Of a DNA stretch of 39,717 nucleotides, positions 30,525 to 38,204 are shown one piece after another. Within the stretch, counting starts at the first letter, position 1, and each line of letters starts with the position of its first letter. This DNA is from Methanoregula sp. (lineage in GTDB: Archaea; Halobacteriota; Methanomicrobia; Methanomicrobiales; Methanospirillaceae), in contig JBAZHU010000001.1 in NCBI GenBank assembly GCA_041652215.1, positions 1 to 39,717 of the forward strand, read 5' to 3'. Below the pieces are notes generated by a model, which did not search any database, was not told the DNA's origin, and saw only the letters and a program-made list of their open reading frames with translations. Made by a program: the position numbers and the translations under genes.

Positions 30525-30971
30525 ATGGATATAAGTGCGGATAAACCACGGGGTGAATGGTATGATTCCTTCCCCGGGAAAGGAATTGTGTACGATCTGA
30601 CATCGGCGGCGCTTTCCGGCCCGGATACCGGCGGGAGGCTGCGGGCTGTTGTGGGGCTCGGGAAAAGCGGCGACCCACGGGCGGTTCGTCCGCTGGTGGA
30701 TCTCGCGGCCGACCATGACCCGGCCATCCGGCGCGGTGCGATCGCTGCGCTGGGCGAGCTCAAGAGCGGCCGTTCGGTTGAAGTCTTAATAGAGCGGCTG
30801 CGGGACCGGGGCGAGCAGGTGGAAATCCGGCAGCTGGCCGCAGGGACGCTTGCTGCGATCCGGAGCACCGGTGCGATCCACGAGCTCCGTGTTTTTTCTG
30901 CCGATGGAGCCGAGGATCAGGAGCTCCGCTCATATGCTGCCGCCCTTCTCGCACATTCCGGGATCGTGTGA
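30525..30971 (+). CDS. HEAT/PBS-lyase repeat protein
   Basis: RLRAVVGLGKSGDPRAVRPL, DPAIRRGAIAALGEL and IRQLAAGTLAAI repeats. Confidence 0.85.
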   Translation: MDISADKPRGEWYDSFPGKGIVYDLTSAALSGPDTGGRLRAVVGLGKSGDPRAVRPLVDLAADHDPAIRRGAIAALGELKSGRSVEVLIERLRDRGEQVEIRQLAAGTLAAIRSTGAIHELRVFSADGAEDQELRSYAAALLAHSGIV

Positions 30972-31208
30972 GGAATAATAAAAAACGCAGCCTCACCCGA
31001 TCCATTTTTGGTTCCCGCCGCACGGGAAAACCGGTATTTTGATCCCTTTGCATCGTCGTTATGGCAAGGGCGGTGTGACCCGGGCGATCCCCCGGCCACC
31101 GCCCGGGATCACCGGCACCTGCCTTGTGGCGGGGCAAACCTGCGGCCATGAAAAAAGGGAAGTGGCTGGTCTGGAATTTATTGGAGGGGGGTGGGCCCCT
31201 ACCCCCCC

Positions 31209-31781
31209 TTACACTTTTTTGAGCACGGCCGCCCGGTTCACAAAATACAACCGGGTTTCCGCAACTTCGAATCCAATCCGTTCGGCCATTGCAAGATTCT
31301 CCCGGAATTCCTTTCCCGGGACAAGGAATGGCGGCTCCGAATAAAAGAACAGGCCCCCAGGCACGAGCATCGCGGCGATCTCACCGAAAAGTTTCTTTTT
31401 GTCCGGGACTTCGTGGACGACAAAGATCGCGAAGGCGACATTGACCTGCCCGTCTTTTTCCGGGAAAAGATCGAGCGAGTCCGGCTTGCACCGGTGCGTT
31501 GTTACCCGGGAAGCGAGACCTTCGGCATCCATCTTTGAGCGGACGATCCCAAGCATTCCTTCCTGGAGATCAGCGGAGATAACACCCCCCTTCTCACCCA
31601 CCCGCCGGGCAAACTCCCGGGTAAAAAATCCCGGGCCGCAGCCGAAGTCAAGCACCCGGTCGCCGGGTTTTACGTACCGCTCTGCGAGCAGGTCGGGCCG
31701 GTACAGGAAGCGGCGGAACTTTGTGTCGAGATGAGCGGCCTTTTCTACGGAAAAGACATCGCGGGAGTGGGAGTGTGACAT
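31209..31781 (-). CDS. Class I SAM-dependent methyltransferase
   Basis: VLDFGCGPG, VVHEVPD, LVPGG. Confidence 0.9.
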   Translation of the reverse strand: MSHSHSRDVFSVEKAAHLDTKFRRFLYRPDLLAERYVKPGDRVLDFGCGPGFFTREFARRVGEKGGVISADLQEGMLGIVRSKMDAEGLASRVTTHRCKPDSLDLFPEKDGQVNVAFAIFVVHEVPDKKKLFGEIAAMLVPGGLFFYSEPPFLVPGKEFRENLAMAERIGFEVAETRLYFVNRAAVLKKV

Positions 31782-31916
31782 GGTTGGTGGTAGGAAGGGG
31801 AGGGTGATATGGGTTGTGGGGATGAACTGGTCAGTGGTTTTATGAAACAGTTAGTTTCACGCTCTATCCGATACGGTTAATAACAGGTATTTTTTTACAT
31901 ATGTTCGGAGATTGCT

Positions 31917-33326
31917 GTGAAAGGATTTGTTCCCACGCCATCGAATATCGTTGATCTGATGGTCGTGAAATTATTCAGCAATAAAATACCGCAAGCCGGG
32001 GATATAATTTTAGATCCGGGGTGTGGAACAGGTGCTTTTATTGATGGGATAATCCGGTGGTGCCAAAAACGAAAAATTGGAATTCCTCAAATAATTGGTG
32101 TTGATTCCGACCCAAGACACATAGCGATTGCTTTCGAAAAATATCGCAGTTATCCAACAGTACAGATTAGAAAAGAGGATTTTCTGACATCTTTTTCGGA
32201 GAAATGTGATTTCATTGTGGGCAATCCCCCCTATGTTCCCATAACCGGATTAAACGTTCCGGAAAAAGATCAGTACCGAAAATTATTTACAACAGCAACA
32301 GGTCGTTTTGATCTTTATTTCCTGTTTTATGAGCAGGCATTGAAGTGTCTTAAAAAAAATGGAAAACTGGTTTTTATTACTCCGGAAAAATATCTTTACG
32401 TAAAAAGTGCCACAGCGCTCAGGATCCTTCTGTGGAAACACCCTGTTACTGAAATTCATCTTTTACCAGAGCAAACATTCGGGAAATTAACAACATATCC
32501 CACCGTGACAACCTTGCATAATGGTAGTTCCGGGAAATTTACAAAAATAATTTTGAGAAATGGCGAGTGCAAAAAAGTTCGGTTGGCACATGACGGGTCA
32601 TCACAATTACCTGTTATCTATGGTGCCAATGACAAAAAAAGCGGATATTGTACCTTGAACGATCTCTGTTTGCGGGTGAGCTGTGGAGTTGCCACAGGAT
32701 CGGATGAAGTTTTTGTCAGGAAGATCAACGAAATCCGGTATGATTTGAAAAAATTTGCGTATCCTACAATTGCCGGCAAGCAATTATCGGACACGGATAC
32801 AGATTTATTCACAGATGAAGCGATGATCCTTCCCTACAATTCAGAAGGTCGGCTGATCCCGGAAAATGAGTTAGGTACATTGGGAAATTTCTTACAGACT
32901 CCTGGCAACCATTCCCGCTTACTTAAACGGACCTGTGTCGTTAGAAAACCCTGGTATGCATTTCATGAAACGCCACCATTGCAGCAGATCTTACAGCCTA
33001 AAATTATCTGTAAGGATATTACGGGGAATCCTTTCTTCCGTGTTGATGCTACAGGGGAACTTATACCACGTCATTCGGTGTATTACATAATCCCAAAGGA
33101 GCATGAACATCTTTACCTCTTAAATCAGTATCTCAATTCGGATGAGGTGCGCTACTGGCTCAAAGCTAATTGCCATAGGGCAGCTAACGGGTTTCTGAGG
33201 TTACAAAGCAGCGTTCTGAAGAAAATCCCGATCCCTCTGTCCATTTTTAAAGAGCAGAGTATATGTAAGGGGCAGGGCAGTATCTCGTTATATCAAAAGG
33301 AATCTTCAGGTAAAATCACAGGATAA
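31917..33326 (+). CDS. N6-adenine DNA methyltransferase, gamma class (TaqI/PaeR7I-like layout)
   Basis: Motif I LDPGCGTGAF precedes motif IV VGNPPY; FDLYFLF; C-terminal TRD with GVATGSD. Confidence 0.92.
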   Translation: MKGFVPTPSNIVDLMVVKLFSNKIPQAGDIILDPGCGTGAFIDGIIRWCQKRKIGIPQIIGVDSDPRHIAIAFEKYRSYPTVQIRKEDFLTSFSEKCDFIVGNPPYVPITGLNVPEKDQYRKLFTTATGRFDLYFLFYEQALKCLKKNGKLVFITPEKYLYVKSATALRILLWKHPVTEIHLLPEQTFGKLTTYPTVTTLHNGSSGKFTKIILRNGECKKVRLAHDGSSQLPVIYGANDKKSGYCTLNDLCLRVSCGVATGSDEVFVRKINEIRYDLKKFAYPTIAGKQLSDTDTDLFTDEAMILPYNSEGRLIPENELGTLGNFLQTPGNHSRLLKRTCVVRKPWYAFHETPPLQQILQPKIICKDITGNPFFRVDATGELIPRHSVYYIIPKEHEHLYLLNQYLNSDEVRYWLKANCHRAANGFLRLQSSVLKKIPIPLSIFKEQSICKGQGSISLYQKESSGKITG

Positions 33327-33332
33327 CTGATT

Positions 33333-34115
33333 ATGCAAACGCCCTTCGATGAAGTAATTGAGCATATCATTAAAGAACATTATCACAACCATCGCCAGCA
33401 GAACCATTCAGATATTGTCAGTTTGGGCATTTGTCGCGATGTACTGATACGATGTCCCGCTTTAAAACAGGATATAGATGATCATATCGCGAAGTTCTGG
33501 CTTAATGTTGAATCTCCGACACGGCGTGGCAGAAAAATGGATTTACTCATTGGGGAACCTGACTCCGAGGGTAATCCGGATCTTGAAAAAGTAAGGATCT
33601 GTATTGAAAACAAATCTGTAACGACGGCTCATCGGAACCGCGATGCCCGCTTTGATGATTTGTATGAAGTATTGCAGGATCTCCACAGGATTAAATCAGA
33701 AATCATCATGGGTGCCACCGTTATTGTGGGTACGGCGGAACGTTTTCTGAATATTCCCGATGGGGTAAAATCCCATTACAAAAAAAAGAAACAGGAATTT
33801 GATGAATGCATCGTTCCACGGCTCTCTACGGGGGATCAACGGCTCTGGGCGGATTTTTCTGAGGATATCAGTGAGAATCGGAAAACCGATCCTGAGGCGA
33901 CAATAAAAAAATTCCGGGGCCTGCCCAGCCGGCCAATCGGGCAAACCCACATTATCGGATATGATACTCTGCTGTTCATTCCGGTTTTTATCGATAACGT
34001 GAATCCACCCTATATTTGTCGGGAAAATAATCTTGGGATAAATGTAGATGCAGACTATCAAAAAATGCTGGAAAAGATTTGTCTGGCGTATAAGATGCGA
34101 TGGCACGTGATCTGA
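33333..34115 (+). CDS. Putative type II restriction endonuclease (PD-(D/E)xK-like)
   Basis: 6 nt after the MTase, same AT-rich composition; KMDLLI ... ICIENKS catalytic-like motif. Confidence 0.65.
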   Translation: MQTPFDEVIEHIIKEHYHNHRQQNHSDIVSLGICRDVLIRCPALKQDIDDHIAKFWLNVESPTRRGRKMDLLIGEPDSEGNPDLEKVRICIENKSVTTAHRNRDARFDDLYEVLQDLHRIKSEIIMGATVIVGTAERFLNIPDGVKSHYKKKKQEFDECIVPRLSTGDQRLWADFSEDISENRKTDPEATIKKFRGLPSRPIGQTHIIGYDTLLFIPVFIDNVNPPYICRENNLGINVDADYQKMLEKICLAYKMRWHVI

Positions 34116-34916
34116 GAATTGTTTTATCCTCACTCAATGTTTGATAGCAGATATCCCGGTTGATCCTTTTGTCATGAAAATTTTGAAAACTTCATACGAT
34201 AGAGCAGGCAAACGGAAATTAAGTTTGGAGTGTGAAATTTTCATTGCTTTGGTGCGAAGTCTTTGACTTCATGCGGGTTTTTTTAGATCTTGGGTTCTTT
34301 ATCCCGGGAGTCCCATCGAGAGTACCCTGTTGTTTATATGCCCCGGACCTCTGCCGGGGGACTTGCATCCTGTGAAAACATATGTTAAAATGCGCCCAAA
34401 TCAGCCCCGGATTCCCCCCGACCCCTCCCGGGAAACCCCGTAAAATGCCCGGATTCGGCGGTTCCGGAAAAACGGATATAATCGCCCCGATTGTCAAAAA
34501 ACCCGAATAAATCGCTCAAAAATGACCCCCAAGATCTGGGTGGGTTTTCATTTCCGGCATACCAAAGCCTGTATGAGTGCAGATCGGCCCGCAGAAACGC
34601 ATGGCGGCCGTTTAGTTGAGGGGTCGAAAACCGGGGATTTTTCGGGAGTAGTTTTGTGTAAAAACCACGGATCTCTGTCCGATTTTCACGTCGGAGAGAA
34701 TCTCCGATGCATCGGGCTATATCTGGAAGACGCTCTTTTAGGTCTGCCGCCCCCGCCTCGTGGGCATCCCCCGGTTGCGATAATGTGGTATTACCTGCAT
34801 TCCGGACAGCTCCCGGTACAGGTAATCCCGAGTGCATCGCACTGCGCCCCGTCCCCCTTTGGGGACTGGTGGCGCAAGAGGGGGGACGACAAATGAATGA
34901 TCTGATGGTTCCCCTC

Positions 34917-35230
34917 AATTTTTTCCGGAAAAGCCCGGCATCCTTCACGGACTTTTTTCGAAAAGCCCGGCAACGCTGATGTACTTTTTTACAAAAGTTC
35001 GATGCCGGTGCCGGGCAATTTTAGAAAAGTCCGGCAAGTCGATTCGACCGGTCAGAGGTGAAAAAGGGCATTTTCCGGCCGTTTTTTTCCGGAAAAGTTC
35101 GCAACCGGCAACAAACTATTTCCGGAAAGTCCTGCAACCTCCGCGAACTTTTTTGTAAAAGTCCGGTAACCGTGCCGGACTTTTTTTGTAAAGCTGGACA
35201 ACGCCAGTAACCTTTCCAAAAAAAATTCAC
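34917..35230. repeat. Two arrays (4+5 units) of a degenerate palindrome at exact 32-bp period
   Basis: AAAG end positions 34933/34965/34997/35029 and 35097/35129/35161/35193/(35225); consensus ~AAAAGTCCGGCA-N4-TGCCGGACTTTT-N4. Confidence 0.85.
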
Positions 35231-35284
35231 CGGCTCCCATCCCCCATCACAAAACTCTTTCCCGCACAACACCCACAATCCTCC

Positions 35285-35656
35285 ATGATTCCGGATGCGG
35301 ATGACGATACGGTTCCCCGCGTGTACAAAGTCGACCGGCTCTTTATTGAAGAGCAGGATTTTGTCGCGGACGATACGGCCCCGCTCTCCCCGTACGAGAT
35401 GGCAGAGCTCGATGAGCCGGCCGTAGCAGTCGAGCTCGCCCCGCTGCATAAGGGAGAGGATCCCAATCCACCGGCAGAGAGAGTGGGTGGCCGGGCCGGA
35501 TCTCTGGACGAAGTCGTCGTGTCAAAGAACATGAAGAGCGCCGATGAACAGGTGACGTTTGCATTTTTCAAAAAAGGAAAAGTGAAGATCCTCCGGCCCT
35601 GGGACGGGCCGGATCTCTTGTCAGAGAAAGACACGGACGCAAAAAAGGAGGGATAA
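35285..35656 (+). CDS. Hypothetical acidic protein (123 aa)
   Basis: Open frame with host-like codon style; no recognisable family. Confidence 0.55.
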   Translation: MIPDADDDTVPRVYKVDRLFIEEQDFVADDTAPLSPYEMAELDEPAVAVELAPLHKGEDPNPPAERVGGRAGSLDEVVVSKNMKSADEQVTFAFFKKGKVKILRPWDGPDLLSEKDTDAKKEG

Positions 35657-35801
35657 CCGGTATGGCCCATCCCGTGTACAATCCTGCCCACACAGCGGTC
35701 CCGGTCAAGCACATCCTTGCCCACCCCTCATCCCGGCACATGCCCACCCTTTCAGAAGATTAATCCCCTTTAGTTCCCACCTTATCCTGCGAAGGTGACC
35801 C

Positions 35802-37328
35802 ATGAACTTTCAACGTTCTTTTGTGTGTATCCTGATGGTCCTTGTTACCGTTGCAATCCTTGCAGCGGGCTGCACGACACCGGCTCTTTCTTCTGCATCG
35901 TCCCCGAAAGCCGCAGCGGATGCGGCGATTGCACAGGCCGATACAGCATACGCAGCCGCCAGTTACCACGCGGCGGAATCGCTCTATGTCCTTGCGCAGG
36001 AGAACTACACCGCAGCCGGCGATAACGCTGCCGCCGTCAAAGCAAGAAACGGTGCAATACGGTCCTTCCGCATGACCGTCGAGTTCCCCTACACCAAAAG
36101 CGCATTCGAACAGGCCGTCATAACGGCGTACCCGAATGTCTCTGCCGAACAGCGGGCCGCATGGATCAACGGCAGCGGGATGGCAAGCCTCCAAAGCGAC
36201 AACGAGACCTGGTACTATGAAGAGAATGTCGGGAATATCCGGTTCCATAATCCCGGCCTGATGCAAAACGCATCCGCTGCCATGGGCCAGACCCCGCTCT
36301 ACGACCAGCTCACAAAATATACGTTCGCTCCTGTGAACGCATCTGCCGGGCCCTACGGTGAACCGGTCGCGTGGGTCGGAACGGAGAGCATCTCGGTGCC
36401 CCGGGATCAGCTCCCGGCAAACGGCACGCTGAAAGTCTGGCTCCCGCTCCCCATCGAGACCAGCCCGCAGACAAACGTGACTATCCTCTCGGTCGAGCCG
36501 GCGCAGTACGTCAGATCAACAACTGGGACCGGCGCCGATCTCGGGCTTGCGTACCTCGAAGTCCCCTTATCGGAACTCAACGGATCGTTCCTGAACGTCA
36601 CTGCCACATTCCGTTATGTCCAGCACGAACAGCGCTTCGTGATCGACCCGGCAAAGGTACTGCCTTACAACACCACGAGTCCTGAATACCAGAAGTACAC
36701 GATGTCGGGTACCAACATTGTCATCACCCCGGCGATGAAGGCAAGGGCGAAAGAGATCGTGGGAAACGAGACCAACCCCTACCTCCAGGCACAGAAGATC
36801 TACTGGTATATCGTGGACACGCTCCCGTACAGCCATGCCCCCCACTTCCAGCTTGCCACGTCAGGAACCCCCGAGTCGGAGTATGTCCTTGATACCGGCA
36901 TCGGCGACTGCGGGACGCAGAGCATGTACTTTGCCGCGCTCTGCCGGTCGCTCGGGATCCCCGCACGGGCAGCCGGCGGCTACCAGATCTTCCCGCCGGC
37001 AAACGGCGGCACGCATTTCTGGGCGGAGTATTATCTCGAAGGCTACGGCTGGATCCCGGTCGATGTGACTGCTGCTGAAACCGCTGACTGGTCGTACAAT
37101 GCAACTCCCGATGAGCGGCACCAGTTCAAGGCATATTACTTCGGCAGCCTCGATCCGTACCGGTATGTCATCCAGAAAGATGTCGATATCTCGCTCACCC
37201 CGGACCCGGGCGATGCAGTGTTGTTTGAGATGGTTCTCCAGAACCCGGCAGCGGTCTGCGATACCTGCCAGGACGATCCGCAGCTGCTGCTGATCGGGAA
37301 CTATACGACAACCCTGAAAAGAGCCTAA
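35802..37328 (+). CDS. Transglutaminase-like cysteine protease, lipoprotein
   Basis: SD AGGTGA, lipobox AAGC, triad GDCGTQ / THFWAEYY / WIPVDVT. Confidence 0.9.
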   Translation: MNFQRSFVCILMVLVTVAILAAGCTTPALSSASSPKAAADAAIAQADTAYAAASYHAAESLYVLAQENYTAAGDNAAAVKARNGAIRSFRMTVEFPYTKSAFEQAVITAYPNVSAEQRAAWINGSGMASLQSDNETWYYEENVGNIRFHNPGLMQNASAAMGQTPLYDQLTKYTFAPVNASAGPYGEPVAWVGTESISVPRDQLPANGTLKVWLPLPIETSPQTNVTILSVEPAQYVRSTTGTGADLGLAYLEVPLSELNGSFLNVTATFRYVQHEQRFVIDPAKVLPYNTTSPEYQKYTMSGTNIVITPAMKARAKEIVGNETNPYLQAQKIYWYIVDTLPYSHAPHFQLATSGTPESEYVLDTGIGDCGTQSMYFAALCRSLGIPARAAGGYQIFPPANGGTHFWAEYYLEGYGWIPVDVTAAETADWSYNATPDERHQFKAYYFGSLDPYRYVIQKDVDISLTPDPGDAVLFEMVLQNPAAVCDTCQDDPQLLLIGNYTTTLKRA

Positions 37329-37356
37329 AAAAAAGAATCTGTATCCCTTTTTTATT
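37326..37356. terminator. Bidirectional oligo-A/oligo-T terminator
   Basis: aaaaaaag ... ccctttttt between convergent genes. Confidence 0.55.
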
Positions 37357-38152
37357 TGTTGAGCCTCCCGCAGATGATCGTTGTATCCTTTTCGCCGGCA
37401 CCGGTGCTCGCCCCGCCTTCCCAGTACAGCCCAGCGGGGTTGCCATCTGAACCGACCATCATACCGAGGATCCCGGAGCCGAGGCCGGTCTTGTCCGCTG
37501 CACCGGTCCGCGAGTCGTCGCTGTGGACGGTACCGGTCGAGTCAAAGATCCGGACAAGCACTTCATCTGTCCGCTTGGGGTTCACTAAAGGACTTCCTGC
37601 GATGATCCACATGTGGCCGGTATCGAGGGTTGAGGGTTTGAGCCAGAGGCAGATATCGCCCGGTTGTAAATCGATGGGATGCGCCACCCTTGTCCATCCC
37701 TGCGTGTCGGGCGTGGTCGTACTGAGCTTACTGAAGTACGCGGAGTACGAATCAATCGAGGGGTTGGCGCCTTTCCCAATCGCGGTGTATGCCGCCATGT
37801 CCGCGTCCATCAGCGCGTGGTCGGCAAACCCGAGGCAGTCGAATTTGTAGGTGCCGTTTGCTTCGTCAACCGTATAGGGCGGGTGGACGTATTCCGTGGA
37901 CTTCATGGTTGAGAACATTTTGTATGCCGCAGTCCAGACAACGTTATCGGACTTCACCGTAGCGAGCTGCTCCGCGATGGTTTGGGCGGCCGTTGTGGCG
38001 GTGTGGCCGGCGTTCGTGGTTTCTGCCGGGGCTGCGGTAACCGTCACCGGGGTAGTTGCAGGCTGCGGTGCCGGTGCGGACGTGCACCCGGCAGACGTGG
38101 CGAAAAGAACAAGGATCAAAACAAGACAAAAAACAGGAGACCGGCAGACCAT
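37352..38152 (-). CDS. Lipoprotein with NlpC/P60-like (papain-fold) domain
   Basis: Lipobox SAGC, Thr/Ala/Pro linker, YKFDCLGF, LQPGDI, TGHMWI. Confidence 0.7.
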   Translation of the reverse strand: MVCRSPVFCLVLILVLFATSAGCTSAPAPQPATTPVTVTAAPAETTNAGHTATTAAQTIAEQLATVKSDNVVWTAAYKMFSTMKSTEYVHPPYTVDEANGTYKFDCLGFADHALMDADMAAYTAIGKGANPSIDSYSAYFSKLSTTTPDTQGWTRVAHPIDLQPGDICLWLKPSTLDTGHMWIIAGSPLVNPKRTDEVLVRIFDSTGTVHSDDSRTGAADKTGLGSGILGMMVGSDGNPAGLYWEGGASTGAGEKDTTIICGRLNK

Positions 38153-38204
38153 AGCATGGTTCTGCCCCGGACCCTCATAAAGGAAGCGAAAAAAAGCAAA
38201 AAAT

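Noticed and set aside
34917-35230. CRISPR array interpretation
   Set aside because: The 32-bp total period, degenerate repeats, partly conserved 16-nt intervening segments and absence of cas genes do not fit a canonical CRISPR array.
34219-35240. ORFs 34219-34497, 34385-34948, 34522-34896, 34707-34979 and 35052-35240 as genes
   Set aside because: They overlap each other with no recognisable motifs, and the repeat period is not a multiple of three. A real gene in 34522-34896 cannot be fully excluded.
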